A stretch of 62,978 nt of DNA, the filler included, from Stramenopiles sp. TOSAG23-3 (taxonomy: Eukaryota), in assembly GCA_900128585.1 (NCBI GenBank). It is 8 parts of 8 records of this genome, joined end to end, with 100 filler letters (N's around TTAATTAATTAA, not from the genome) between each part and the next. Parts side by side here need not be neighbours in the genome. Positions count along the whole stretch, not along the records: positions 1 to 13,811 come from LT642606.1; 7 more parts are not named here. One strand, 5' to 3'. Below the pieces are notes generated by a model that was given only the letters and a program-made list of their open reading frames with translations, was not told where the DNA came from and did not search any database. A program made the position numbers and the translations under genes. Positions 1 to 11,774 of this stretch are shown one piece after another (the stretch's first letter is position 1; the number at the start of each line of letters is the position of its first letter).

Positions 1-185
1 GAAGAAGAAAGAAGAAGAAGAAGAAGAAGAAGAAGAAGAAGAAGAAGAAGAGAGAAGAGAGAAGAGAGAAGAGAGAAGAGAGAAGAAGAAGAAGAGAGAA
101 GAGAGAAGAGAGAAGAAGAAGAAGAAGAAGAGAGAAGAGAGAAGAGAGAAGAGAGAAGAGAGAAGAAGAAGAAGAAGAAGAAGAG
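1..185 (+). repeat. (GAA)n / (GAAGAGA)n purine microsatellite
   Basis: Read directly from the sequence; lies upstream of the RanBD gene. Confidence 0.95.
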
Positions 186-652
186 ACTCTTCTATCATAA
201 TCGTATTATACCAAGTACGTAGTGTAAATAGTATAGTAAAACAATAAAAATAAACAAACATCATCGTACATCACACATCCAGTACGAACAAAATCCCACC
301 ACCACCAAGAAGAAAGAAGAGGAGAAGAAGAAGAATGAGAGAATAATTATTAATAATAATTTGTTGGAAAAAAATAAATAATAATAATAATAATAAAAAT
401 AATGATGAATGAACGAAATCAAAAATAGATTTTGAGTGAGGGAGATATTGATGAGAGAGAGGAAGATACTTTCAACGAGAGAGGGGTGAGAAATCAAACA
501 TTAATCAGACAGAAAGAACGAAGGGAAGAACGAAAGAAAGGAAAGAAGAGGGAATTTTGAGGACGTTCGATTTTTACAAACTTAAAATACCAATCGCACT
601 GTATTTATTTCCTTTCAGATAAGGGTGATTCATTCGTTTAAACGACGTGGCT

Positions 653-1900
653 ATGTCGAAACGGAGTGCACCGTCGCAAGAGGCCAAGGGCGATCGTGTT
701 AGCGGGGTAGAAACGAAGGAAAAAGGCGCAGATGGGCCGAGCGAGATAAAGCGGGCAAAGCTGAGCGTGGACTCCAGCGACGTGGATGAGGGCGTCGCGG
801 ACGATAAGAAGGCCGGCGAGCCGGCGGCCTCGAAGGCGGAAAAGGACAACGCGCCGCCTGCACCGGCGATCGCATCAACGGGGGGCTTTGGTGGGTTCGG
901 CAACAAAGCAGGGACGTCAAAAGCGGGGGGGCTGTTTGCGTCCCTTAGCTCCAACCCGTTCGGGGCCGGCAACAGTAGTGACAGCAATAGTGGTAAAAAG
1001 GGAAATACAGGGGGCAGTGTCTTTGGGAGCAGCGGCTTTGGTTCAATCGGAAAGACGTTTGGGGCCGTCGTGAAGAGCAAAACAACTTCAATTTTTGCGA
1101 CCGTAGAAGGGGCATTTTCGTCGACTCCGTCGTCTGGGAAAAGCGGCACAAGCCCCTCGACTGCGACGGCGGCGGCAAAGAAGAGCGTGTTTGGATCCGG
1201 CCCGGCCTCCCCTGCGTTTGGAAGCGACGGCGCAAAGAAAGCTACGAACGACATATTTTCGAACGAAAACATTGAAACGTTCGGTGCTTCCAAAGCGGTG
1301 GCACGGGCCCAAAGCCCCGGGCTGGAAAGGATTGAGATTACAACGGGGGAAGAAGACGAAGACAATTTAGTCTCCTTTCGGTGCAAACTATTTAAAATGG
1401 AGAAGGCCGATGTGCCCGCGACGGGAGAAAATGACGCAGGGGACGAAAAAGCGAACGATGAGAAATCCGAGTCTACCACCCCGAAGAAGGACGGCGAGTC
1501 GAGCTCTTCCAGTGCCAAGAAGGCAAGCCCGGAAGAAGAAATGATTTGGAAAATGAAAGGCGTGGGCGAGCTGCGATTGAACGAAACGAAAAAAAGCGAC
1601 AGGTCCGGAAAACCTCGGCGCCAGCGACTGATCATGCGCCGCGAGTACGGGAGCGGGTCGACGTGTGGAGATGTCATTTTGAACATAGCCCTGACGCAGG
1701 ACGTCCTATGCTCGAAGGAAAACGAGAAACATCTGCGCTTAGTAGCCTTTGAGCACTCCGGTGCCGCGGGAGACGCGCAACCCTCCACGAGCCTTTACCT
1801 GATTCGAATAAAACGATTGAAACACCTGGACGATTTGCTGCGCAGAGTGACCAATCATGTCAAGGCATTAAAACGGGATGCTGAAAATTTCTCCTCTTGA
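653..1900 (+). CDS. Ran-binding-domain protein with FG repeats (Nup50/Nup2 or RanBP3/Yrb2-like)
   Basis: ATG at 653 gives MSKRSA, similar to the Nup50 N-terminal KR motif. FG motifs (GGFGGFG, NPFG, SVFG, FGS) are followed by a RanBD signature (ITTGEEDE..FRCKLF..WKMKGVGELRLN..RLIMRR..ILN). Confidence 0.8.
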   Translation: MSKRSAPSQEAKGDRVSGVETKEKGADGPSEIKRAKLSVDSSDVDEGVADDKKAGEPAASKAEKDNAPPAPAIASTGGFGGFGNKAGTSKAGGLFASLSSNPFGAGNSSDSNSGKKGNTGGSVFGSSGFGSIGKTFGAVVKSKTTSIFATVEGAFSSTPSSGKSGTSPSTATAAAKKSVFGSGPASPAFGSDGAKKATNDIFSNENIETFGASKAVARAQSPGLERIEITTGEEDEDNLVSFRCKLFKMEKADVPATGENDAGDEKANDEKSESTTPKKDGESSSSSAKKASPEEEMIWKMKGVGELRLNETKKSDRSGKPRRQRLIMRREYGSGSTCGDVILNIALTQDVLCSKENEKHLRLVAFEHSGAAGDAQPSTSLYLIRIKRLKHLDDLLRRVTNHVKALKRDAENFSS

Positions 1901-2629
1901 ACATGCTTGGGCTGTGATTGATACCCATGAAGGAAGTCTTTCGTTTCTAAAGAACAATTAAGAAGTGTATTTATATATATTTTGAACACATTCATTTTTT
2001 TATCGATCGGTACATGCACGGCACACCTTTCATTCACGAGCCACACCACCGTGCCTACGTGCGTACCTGTTTATTTATTGTACCTGGTACCTGTAGTGAT
2101 TCCTGTACTACGGTAGTAAGGAAAATGAAGATTTCTCAATTATTTTATTTTCTTTGATTCCTTCCTATTCCATCAAGACAACCTTTTCTTTTCATTTTTT
2201 TCTAATTTACTTCTTTGCTTTTGTAGATGCTAATTTTGTTTTTAAAAAAAGTTTCATTCAATCTTGCATTTGTTCTTCGATCTTCCCTTTCCTTATTTTA
2301 CTATTGTGCTGCTGTATTGCTTTAATTATATTTATTACCCATCTCTCTCATCATTCTTCTCTCCTCAACAAAAGAAAGAAAAGAAGAAGAGGAGAGAGAA
2401 GAAGATAATATTTTTTTTTAATTAAAACTCTTCTGATGATTTCTACAATCAGTTCTTCATATCTTCATATAGTCTAGAAACAAAAAGTTTTAATTAAGAG
2501 AGAGAGGCAGGAATGTAATTGCAATCATTATATCTCCAACAGAAAGACACAAAAGATTTCGCACTTGCTTGACCCCATCGTAGATTTCCATTTTATTTGG
2601 TAAGGAAAGAAAGGCTTCTTAGAACCCAA

Positions 2630-5600
2630 ATGCAAACTATGGAAACTGGACTTGGAAGTTCCCCGTCGGGGTACACTCGCCTTGGCAACGCAGATCCTGC
2701 TGCGTCATCTTTTTACCAACAAACAAAGTTGTTAGTGGTGAAGAATTTTGCGCTGCTGAAACGAAATAAGGCGAGCACGTTTCTGCAAATCTTTATAGGC
2801 ATGTTCTTTATGATACTCCTCTCTGTGATAAACGTTGGGCTAGAAAGTGACCACCGTCAACAAGAAACTTTCTCAGAAATCAAAGACGTCCCGGCACACT
2901 CAATACCGTCGTTGACACCCTGCACCCCTTACGACGGACAGGCGTGTTACACGTTTGCGTACGCCCCCAAATCCGACCAGAGCATTCAAAAAATTGTCAA
3001 GAGTCTGCGGGAAAACGGGGGTGGGAAGCCGCTGCCCGCGGAAGGGTTGCCACACGGCCCGATCGGGTTTGAAACTCGCGAAGAAATGTTTGCGTGGTTG
3101 TACAACAATCCAAACCGTACGAACCTTGGTGTTGCGTTCAATAACGTGGGCGATTGGGGCAAACCCTTCACAGATTTATCTTATACGCTCATGTACAACG
3201 ATACTGTGAGTTGCTACAATTTTGGAATCACTTGCACCAACCCCGCGTTGGAGCTGGGTTCGGCCATGCAAGTTGCCGTCGACGCTGCGCTGTTGAAGAG
3301 TCGCTACGGGGCCGGGCAGGAGAGTGCAAAACTCACGGTTTCCCTAAAGCCATTTCCCCACCCAGATCTAGCGTTCAGCCAAGACGCCATGAAAACGTAT
3401 GGTCTGATGTTCATCTTTGCGACGGTTATGTTCAATTTCATTATACAACTGGCCCTAGTCGTCAAAGAGAAAGAATTGCGACTCAGGGAAGCGATGAAAC
3501 AGATGGGGCTCCGCACGGCACCGTACTTCGTTTCGTGGTTCATCACAAACCTGGCTGTGGACATTCTTTGCGTCCTTGTCCTGTGCTTGTCAGGGTTCAT
3601 ACTGGACCTCGATTTTTTCGTCAAGAACTCTTTTGCGCTCTACTTTGTCCTGCTTCTTTTGACGAGCATAGCATTTACCACGGCAGTCTTTGTCTTTGCG
3701 GCGTGCTTAAACCGTGCCGAGCAGGCAAGAAACTTTGGGTTCTTCTTGTTCATTATTTTTCTTGTTGCGGGCCAGGGGCTTATAGGGTATTACTACTCTA
3801 GCGACCAATTTGGGGACGTTCAATCGTGGCTCTCGCTGGTGTTGCCAATACCGTTTCTCCAAGGACTGACTGTCCTTATCAACGAGTCGTCGGGGACCGC
3901 GAAAGTAGGGCTCGGGTGGGGGGACGTGGGGGACGTGCCCCCGTACTACCCTTTGTCGGAAATATATGGCTGGCTTGTACTAAATATAGTGATATACATC
4001 ATCCTTACATGGTACTTTGATGAAGTGATCCCGCGCGAATTTGGTGTCAGCCGACCTTGGTACTTTCCGTTTACATCCGCGTATTGGAGAGGCCGTGGGA
4101 CAGGCAGCCTGGACAACAGCAGGAAACTAGGGCGCGCGCGCATGGACAATGATTACGAGTACAGCACGGACCCAAAAGTTCGAGGGGAAGAAATCGCAGT
4201 CCACAACAGGACGTTCGGAGACCGCCAGGTCAAAGTGGTCGTAGACGGACTGCGCAAAGATTTCAAGTCTTCTACGTGTGGCTTCAATGGAAAAACGTTC
4301 ACCGCTGTCGATGGCGTGTCGTACGCAATTGACGATGGGCAGCTTTTGTGCATGCTAGGCCACAACGGAGCCGGCAAAACCACAACCATAAACATGCTCA
4401 CGGGGATGCTGCCCATCACGGATGGCGATGCCTATATTTTTGGTCATAGTGCGAGAAACGGCATGGATTCTATTCGCGAAATTATGGGAATTTGTCCACA
4501 ACACGATGTGCTGTGGGATCAGCTGACCGGCATGGAACACTTGCGTCTCTTTGCAGGCTTGAAAGGGATGTCAGAAGAAGAGATAGAGAGAGAGGCAAAA
4601 TTACGCCTGGAACAGGTAGAACTGACCGAAGTTGCAGATGTGGAGGCCCAGGCGTACAGTGGGGGGATGAAACGGCGGCTGTCCCTTGCCGTAGCATTGA
4701 TTGGAGACCCAAAAATCGTGTTTCTGGACGAGCCGACCACTGGAATGGACCCAGTGACTCGTAGGGCAGTGTGGAATATGATTCTCAAAGCCAAGAGGGG
4801 CCGTATCATTCTCCTGACCACCCATAGCATGGAAGAGGCTGATGTTTTGTCCGACAGAATATGCATCATGTCCAAAGGCAAGATACAGGCGTTGGGGAGT
4901 TCTTTGCATTTAAAGCAGCAGTTTGGGACTGGATATAGATTGACAGTATTTTGTGACTCTGCAGAAGATGTCAAGCCCCGAATAAAGCAATTTATTAACT
5001 CAAGCATTCCAACTAGCACCATCGAAGATGGAATTCCAGGAATAATAGAGTGCAATATTCCCCGTAATTGTATATCTAAAATGCCAAAAGTGCTCCGGGA
5101 CTTAAAGGAGAAGAAGGACACGTTGCATGTTCATGATATTTCTGTCAGCCTAGCAACACTCGAAGAAGTGTTTCTTAACTTGTCCAAGGCCGAGCGAGAG
5201 GGATTGAACACCTTGGAAATGCAACAGACTACGTGTCTCGCCGTTCCAATCCCCCCAAATGTCCGCTGTACCCCCGGGATGGTCATCGATGTTGCCGATA
5301 CGTGGGGCAGACAGCACCGTGTAACGCTGACTGAAGCTGGTATATCTCGTGGTCAAGAAATTGTAGTAATCGACGTGCCGGAAAACAATAGCCGTGCCGC
5401 AAGCGAAGACTCTGTCGAACATGTTTCTTTTCCAAACAATGCAAACAAAACTGGCTATTGGTCCCAAGTGACTGCCTTGGGAATAAAGACGTGGCGCTAT
5501 CAGCGTCGCCAAAAATGTCAACTGTGCTGCTTGGTTGCCTTTCCAATGTTTTGCATTGCACTCCTTATTCTTCTCAACCATTTCATATCCCAAAGCGCCG

Positions 5601-8600
5601 TGCATTATGATGTACAGTGTGCTAATAATAAAACGTTCAAAGCGTACCAATCCGAAGTGGAAATTTCCCCCTCGTTGGTCGTCGGGCACGCATCGATTTT
5701 AAACCCGGGCGGCTTTTTGAACCCTCTGAAAGAGGTTGCTGATTTTGTCATGCCCGTGGCTAGAAACGGCTCGTGCCTTGGTGACAAAGGAACGTGCGAC
5801 TATGGTGGCATGACCGCGAACATACCTCCACAGCTTCGAAGTTGGTACTTGAATGTTGTTACTCACGTCATTGCTCTTCAAAATTGCCAAATGGCTTTTC
5901 AATCGTTCTTAAATCGGCACCAGTCCGTCAATAACGCCCTGCAGTGGGAACTGGAGTATGCCGGGAACGCTTCGCACAGTTTCACACCCGCCTCTGGGGG
6001 AATCAATTTACAAGACTGCAAAATCAATTCTCCGACAACGGGGGGGGCAAAGAAGGACGAAGGGTCGACCTGGAAGCCTCCTCAGGCGGCTTTTCATTCA
6101 CTCAAGGAGCAGCAGCAGATTTTGGGGGCCTGTCAAACGAGCAACATATCAACTGTGCTCGGCTTGTACGAGAAACTCCCCGACCCCAGTGCAATGCCAC
6201 AGAAAGGCGCGCAGCACAAATACACGTCCCGAAAAGGGTTGCTTGGCAATTACACTTCGACGGTTGTTCCAGACCCAATATTTTCCACTTTTGAAAATTT
6301 CGTTTACACTTCCATATCTACGTTCGTCCCAGGTGGCCAAGGCCATTCCAGCGGCGATATAGGGGAGTTGTGCCAATTTTTTTCGAATGAAACGTCCCAC
6401 GGACCAGCGGTGTTGGAATACATAGAATCCATATTGAAGAAAGAGTCAGATCCAATGTTCAGGGCCCTAGGAAACTCGTTGGGAAACATATGTTGGGTAC
6501 GCCAAAGCAGGGATACGATACGCAGACTTAGTTTTGTAGAGAAAGACGGCATTGCTGGGATCAACAAGGCGCTATATGATGGGTGGTACGGGGAAAAAGT
6601 CGGCCCTGTGCATTCGTCGAAAGTGGGGGCCTACAGCTTTAACGCGATAGACCGCTCGACCGCCAGCAAACGTTTCGATTATGTGGCATGGTACAATCAA
6701 ACAGGAAGTTCGAACTATGTCTCTACCGGTGGCCATTTGAACTGGATCGGATTAGTGGCCCTGATGAACAACGCAATCCTGAAGAGTGAAAGTGGGCACG
6801 GGATTGAAATGACGACCAAGCAGTGGCCAAAGCCACCCACAAAGAAGTCTTTGGCGGGCTTCTTAGGGATGTTTTCAATTGTCGATGCTGTGTCTGGGTT
6901 TTTCTTTCCGTTTGTCCTTTTTACATTGATGCCTATTGTTATGAGTCTGATCATGTATGAGAAGGAAAATCGTCTCAGAGAAATTATGAAGATGATGGGT
7001 TTGAAAATGGGGGCATACTGGACCGTCACTTATGTCCTGTTCTACTTTGAATATTTTGTGCTAATTCACTCAGCAGTCGTGATCTTTCTCTACCTTTTCG
7101 TGTGGGGCCATTCGCTCATCGCATTTTCTTTGCTCATGACTACCCTTTTTGCCAAAACCCGCACTGCGACGGCGGTCGGCTTCATATCGATATTTGCATT
7201 TGTATTCTTTGGGTTCATGATATTCCAAACGCTGCAGGCCCAAGGGGACGCAATCTCCGCGGTGGCATATTACGCATGGCAATGGATGCCGCCCTTCGCT
7301 TTCATGCGCATCATGGTATTTTTGGTAGACGCTTCTACGAAGAATTACCCTGTTACTTTAGCAAACTGGGGGAATACCCCGATCCCTTCCACGCTGCTGT
7401 GGCTTGTCATTGAATGGTTTGTGTCGCTGATTCTCATGTATTACTTAGAGCAAGTCTTGAGCGTGGGATATGGTGTGCGGCGACACCCTCTCTTTTGCTG
7501 CTTCAAAAAATACTGGTGCCCAGGCGCGTCCAAAGAGGAAACCAAGGCTGGCGTTCGGGCTCCCTTGACGTCTGGCGGCAGCGGGGGTGATGCGAAACCG
7601 TCAAATGTTTCGTTTGATCGAAACGGTCCCAGCGACGTTGTTGCGGAAGCGCAGCGGGTGATCAAGCGCACTCGCATACCGGACGTAGAAACTTCTAGCA
7701 GTGACGATAATTTTCGTGTACGTATTGTAGGCCTGCGGAAGAAGTACCCGGGGAGGGGGGGGGCGAAAGAGAAAATTGCCGTAAACAACCTCTTTCTTGG
7801 TGTCGAAAAGAATGAATGTTTGGGCCTTTTGGGTCCAAACGGTGCTGGGAAGACGACTTCGATAAGCATGATGTGCGGTCTTTTCGAACCAACCGCTGGC
7901 GATGGTTTGGTGTCCACCGACAGCAACAATTTTCTTCGCATATCGAAAGCTGGCGATCTGGATGAAATGCATGCGATGATGGGGGTATGCCCACAGCATG
8001 ATGTGCTTTGGAACGACTTGACAGCTCGAGACCACGTCGCGTTTTATGGTCGGTTGAAGGGGCTGACTGGACAGCAATTAAGTGCCTCAGTGCAAAAAGT
8101 TCTCGCGGACGTAAAACTGTTGCATGTTGCCGACAAGCAGGCCGGAAAATTCAGTGGAGGTATGAAGCGGCGATTGTCTGTGGCGAACAGCCTCATTGGA
8201 TCCCCGAGGGTGGTCTACTTGGACGAGCCGTCTACTGGGCTAGACCCGTCGGCCCGCCGAACGCTATGGGATGTCATCACCGTCGCCAAGGGCGATGGGA
8301 AGGCGATAATCTTAACCACCCACTCGATGGAAGAAGCCGATGCGTTGTGCGATCGCGTGGGGATAATGGCGCTGGGGAATCTGAAATGTATTGGGCAGTC
8401 CGCGGACTTGAAGCGTCGATTTGGGACTGGCTTCGCTTTGTCCATTGCCACCAAGGGCGATGCCCAGATTCGTGCGGACCTGGAAGGCTTCGTGCGACAA
8501 ACCTTCCCTGCAGCGAAGCCAATGATGGAGCCAATCAACGGAAGCTACACGTTTGAGATACCTCGGCAGAACGTTGACCTCTCCTCCGTTTTTCGTGAAG

Positions 8601-8698
8601 TGGAATCTGCCAGGGACAGGCTACAAATAGAAGACTGGGGAATTACAGAAACTACGCTGGAGGAAGTTTTCTTGAAAGCGACGGACGGAGAGTTTTGA
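2630..8698 (+). CDS. ABCA: Full-size ABC transporter, subfamily A
   Basis: Two TMD-NBD halves. Walker A GHNGAGKTT and GPNGAGKTT, signature YSGGMKRRLS and FSGGMKRRLS, Walker B FLDEPTTG and YLDEPSTG, LTTHSMEEAD twice, TLEEVFL twice. First ATG at 2630. Confidence 0.95.
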   Translation: MQTMETGLGSSPSGYTRLGNADPAASSFYQQTKLLVVKNFALLKRNKASTFLQIFIGMFFMILLSVINVGLESDHRQQETFSEIKDVPAHSIPSLTPCTPYDGQACYTFAYAPKSDQSIQKIVKSLRENGGGKPLPAEGLPHGPIGFETREEMFAWLYNNPNRTNLGVAFNNVGDWGKPFTDLSYTLMYNDTVSCYNFGITCTNPALELGSAMQVAVDAALLKSRYGAGQESAKLTVSLKPFPHPDLAFSQDAMKTYGLMFIFATVMFNFIIQLALVVKEKELRLREAMKQMGLRTAPYFVSWFITNLAVDILCVLVLCLSGFILDLDFFVKNSFALYFVLLLLTSIAFTTAVFVFAACLNRAEQARNFGFFLFIIFLVAGQGLIGYYYSSDQFGDVQSWLSLVLPIPFLQGLTVLINESSGTAKVGLGWGDVGDVPPYYPLSEIYGWLVLNIVIYIILTWYFDEVIPREFGVSRPWYFPFTSAYWRGRGTGSLDNSRKLGRARMDNDYEYSTDPKVRGEEIAVHNRTFGDRQVKVVVDGLRKDFKSSTCGFNGKTFTAVDGVSYAIDDGQLLCMLGHNGAGKTTTINMLTGMLPITDGDAYIFGHSARNGMDSIREIMGICPQHDVLWDQLTGMEHLRLFAGLKGMSEEEIEREAKLRLEQVELTEVADVEAQAYSGGMKRRLSLAVALIGDPKIVFLDEPTTGMDPVTRRAVWNMILKAKRGRIILLTTHSMEEADVLSDRICIMSKGKIQALGSSLHLKQQFGTGYRLTVFCDSAEDVKPRIKQFINSSIPTSTIEDGIPGIIECNIPRNCISKMPKVLRDLKEKKDTLHVHDISVSLATLEEVFLNLSKAEREGLNTLEMQQTTCLAVPIPPNVRCTPGMVIDVADTWGRQHRVTLTEAGISRGQEIVVIDVPENNSRAASEDSVEHVSFPNNANKTGYWSQVTALGIKTWRYQRRQKCQLCCLVAFPMFCIALLILLNHFISQSAVHYDVQCANNKTFKAYQSEVEISPSLVVGHASILNPGGFLNPLKEVADFVMPVARNGSCLGDKGTCDYGGMTANIPPQLRSWYLNVVTHVIALQNCQMAFQSFLNRHQSVNNALQWELEYAGNASHSFTPASGGINLQDCKINSPTTGGAKKDEGSTWKPPQAAFHSLKEQQQILGACQTSNISTVLGLYEKLPDPSAMPQKGAQHKYTSRKGLLGNYTSTVVPDPIFSTFENFVYTSISTFVPGGQGHSSGDIGELCQFFSNETSHGPAVLEYIESILKKESDPMFRALGNSLGNICWVRQSRDTIRRLSFVEKDGIAGINKALYDGWYGEKVGPVHSSKVGAYSFNAIDRSTASKRFDYVAWYNQTGSSNYVSTGGHLNWIGLVALMNNAILKSESGHGIEMTTKQWPKPPTKKSLAGFLGMFSIVDAVSGFFFPFVLFTLMPIVMSLIMYEKENRLREIMKMMGLKMGAYWTVTYVLFYFEYFVLIHSAVVIFLYLFVWGHSLIAFSLLMTTLFAKTRTATAVGFISIFAFVFFGFMIFQTLQAQGDAISAVAYYAWQWMPPFAFMRIMVFLVDASTKNYPVTLANWGNTPIPSTLLWLVIEWFVSLILMYYLEQVLSVGYGVRRHPLFCCFKKYWCPGASKEETKAGVRAPLTSGGSGGDAKPSNVSFDRNGPSDVVAEAQRVIKRTRIPDVETSSSDDNFRVRIVGLRKKYPGRGGAKEKIAVNNLFLGVEKNECLGLLGPNGAGKTTSISMMCGLFEPTAGDGLVSTDSNNFLRISKAGDLDEMHAMMGVCPQHDVLWNDLTARDHVAFYGRLKGLTGQQLSASVQKVLADVKLLHVADKQAGKFSGGMKRRLSVANSLIGSPRVVYLDEPSTGLDPSARRTLWDVITVAKGDGKAIILTTHSMEEADALCDRVGIMALGNLKCIGQSADLKRRFGTGFALSIATKGDAQIRADLEGFVRQTFPAAKPMMEPINGSYTFEIPRQNVDLSSVFREVESARDRLQIEDWGITETTLEEVFLKATDGEF

Positions 8699-9051
8699 AA
8701 CGCGGGCGTCGTATGTTGCGAAACACGCGCACCGTGCGTAGTGCAGTACCGTGAACAGTACTTTGAAATTTTAGTAACTCCAATTACACGGGTAATATAG
8801 AAATCGTAGAATGATTTACTTTAAGAAATAAAAAATACTAAAAATATATATTATGTAAAAAATACTTATTATTTTTCTCCGCTTCAAGCACCGTGCAACT
8901 GGCTTTTCTTCTTGTTTGACTATTAGGACGAGAACCCACCACGCCACATAAATTTCAGAGCGTGTGTGATCTCTTGTTTTGCGCGAATAGCTTCAGTTTC
9001 CTCAACGGCACGCTTCAGCGTAGTAGCCACTGTGCCTTCTTCACTCAAAAA

Positions 9052-9672
9052 CTATTTATCGGATTCGCCTTTAGCACAGACGTACATATAATGCACACTG
9101 TTGGCATCGGAAGAATCTTGGGCGGCAGAAGCACTGACTGTCGGTTTTGGGACCGTGTGGACTTGCACGCTCCAATGGTAAGCGTCGTTATCTAGGTAAC
9201 TGAGCCTGTTATCGGGAATGCCGTAGGACAACATAAGTAGAACGCCGTTTGGCTTAAGTGCTCTTGTGATTTCAGACAAGGCCTTGCCGACGTTACTGGT
9301 CGACCCTTCTCCGCAAAGAATTGAGTCGAGTGTACCTTTATCAATTACTGCGTCGAAGGCTTCGTCGGGAAACTCGAGGGCGGTGCAGTTCATTTGCTGC
9401 CAACTCAACCCAGTCTTGTCACGGTACTTCTCAATCATTTGATCAACGCAAACTTTGGAGATATCAATGTTTGCTATTGTAGAAAACCCGTCATCGTACA
9501 TATCTTCACTCAGTCGAGAATTGCCGCACCCGATGTTCAGAATGTGGTCGGTTTTCTTGACATATTGTGCAATCAAATCCTTCACTCCAGAATAACGTTG
9601 GTACCAGTCAAAAGGCTCCGGATCTTTTGTGTACCGTTCGTCCCAATAGGCCGCTTTACCGTACTGTGCCAT
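9052..9672 (-). CDS. Class I SAM-dependent methyltransferase (EEF1AKMT4/METTL13 N-terminal-like)
   Basis: YG..YWDERY..FDWY, motif I ILNIGCGNSRLSE, NIDIS, FDAVIDKGTLDS. Confidence 0.9.
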   Translation of the reverse strand: MAQYGKAAYWDERYTKDPEPFDWYQRYSGVKDLIAQYVKKTDHILNIGCGNSRLSEDMYDDGFSTIANIDISKVCVDQMIEKYRDKTGLSWQQMNCTALEFPDEAFDAVIDKGTLDSILCGEGSTSNVGKALSEITRALKPNGVLLMLSYGIPDNRLSYLDNDAYHWSVQVHTVPKPTVSASAAQDSSDANSVHYMYVCAKGESDK

Positions 9673-11297
9673 TTATAGTTTTGATTACTTTCGGTTACCC
9701 TCTCTTTCGAAATAGACTAGAAATAAATATGCTGAACTCTTAAACAGTTTCAATGACAGCTCGAACGAAGTCATATACGCTACTGCTGACTACTCGATTC
9801 TTTTATTCACTTCATATAACCTTTCATTCGTTCCCTTCACAAAAACATTTCGGGAAGGGAGAAAATATAAAAAGAGAAAGAAGTAGATAGAAGATAGATT
9901 TTGATGATGATGATTTAATAATAAATATAATAACGACGGGCTATTATTATTACGTGGATGGTTCCTGATTTTTCACAGATATTAATAAAATCAATGCTAT
10001 GCTCCTGTATATATTGTTGACATTTGATTTTAAGCTACAATGAATAAATAGAATTGAGCTTTGATTATAATCAATGCTCTTGTTATGTTATTTCAGGAAT
10101 TTAAATTAGATTTGTATTCCTAGAAGAGAGACTATCAAGTAGTAAGGAAAGTGATCGAAAGATAAAAGACCTTTGCCAATTAAAAAATATTTATTAATAT
10201 ACATAAACATAGCATTGTTGAAATAATAAATGAATTTTTACAACGGTAGCTAAGAGGAGCTTGGCTTCACATTCAGAATATAAATAGCATACAGTAGTAT
10301 AGGAATAGGCTTGGTTTGCATCAAATAATAACGACCGAAATGAAAATGAAGAACATCATCTCAAATACTATTCAAATAGGCAAATGATTATACTGTAAAT
10401 AAAATTAGAAACATTAAAAAGAATGGTAAATTAGGATAATAATACACAGTAATAAATAAAGAAATGGAGAGGGCGGCGGAATGATCTTTAGTTTCATTGT
10501 ACATAGGTATTTATACTTATCACATTACTGTAACTCAAACCAACGAACAATTGAACAACAACAAACTGTAAAACCGAAAATAGATTCCAGTTTAGTTGGA
10601 TTCTTGACTGAAATCAGACGAGAAACACGAAGAAATAATTCGATGCTGTGCTTCGTTTTATATCTAATGTATTTATTTACTTATTTACAAAGTAATAAGA
10701 CCTTATGTAATGATATATAATATAGAAGTAGTACGTATTCTACAATTTATTGACGAATGGTGGAGAGTGCCAGGAGGTATTTAAACAGAAAAATATTTTT
10801 GTATATTGTATCTAGGTATATTGTATACATTCTATGAGCATTATTTATACGTTAATAAATATGATTATTGTTTAATTTATCCTATATAAATGAGTTATTA
10901 CAGCACCTGAACGCTATTCATATGTTTATTAATTTCTTCAGCTCATCTTCAGCCTTCACTTCATTCAGCCTTGCACCACCCATTTACTACAGAGGTCAAA
11001 TGATCGATCATCTGCTTCGCTTTCCTTCTGTGTCCTTCTTCTTCGGATCGATCCAGCTTCTCTCTCTTCAGCAGCACAAGAAGCAGCAGCCAAGGGCCAA
11101 GGGACTAAATATTGAACACAATGTATTATTGTCCACAAGATAATGCAGATTTATGGTCTCGTTGCGTCACTTGAACGATTTGAAAGGACAGAAACGTTTT
11201 AGCAATTGTTTTTGTTATTGCATGTAGTGGAAAACATATAATTATCTATTGCAGAACGTTTAGCTGAGAGGTTAGTAATTTTACGAAAAACAATATC

Positions 11298-11492
11298 ATG
11301 CATTTAATGTACCATCTAGACTCGGAGGGAAAACGTATTTATACGTTAAAGAAAGTAGATGACAAGCAAGAGGCAACTGTCTCTGCTCACCCGGCACGCT
11401 TTTCGCCAGACGATAGGTTTTCAAAACATAGAATTGCCTGCAAAAGGCGGTTTGGGTTGCTTTTGACGCAAAAACCACGTGACGAACTGTAA
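11298..11492 (+). CDS. NOP10: H/ACA snoRNP subunit Nop10
   Basis: 64 aa, [42 protein letters not shown], the canonical Nop10 pattern. Confidence 0.97.
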   Translation: MHLMYHLDSEGKRIYTLKKVDDKQEATVSAHPARFSPDDRFSKHRIACKRRFGLLLTQKPRDEL

Positions 11493-11774
11493 ATGATGCA
11501 AAAACTCCCTCCGCTGTTTGTTCCGGTGTGTGAGTCCGCACTGATTTTGAGGATAGCTAGCGCCACTGCAAAATTCTGAAGAAGCGGTATGATGTGCCAC
11601 GTAAATTAGGAAATAAATTTGTAAAGAATAAAGAATGAAAACACACTTTTGCCACGCAAATTCATGTACAGTTTAATAAGAGAGCTCCACCTTTCACCTG
11701 CCCGCAGCAACCTTGCAAACGCTTGCCTTTTCCACCTTTCGAACTTTCCCCAGCCCGGAAAACCGCATACCTCT

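Noticed and set aside
574..1788. Long alternative ORFs (574-1788, 43191-44678, 46446-47258, 49246-51069, 49921-51888, 59340-60152)
   Set aside because: Shadow frames of real genes with biased codon usage; low-complexity translations with no domain motifs.
11490..11550. Possible C/D-box snoRNA after NOP10 (ATGATG..CTGA)
   Set aside because: Imperfect C box, short length and no rRNA-complementary guide I could identify.
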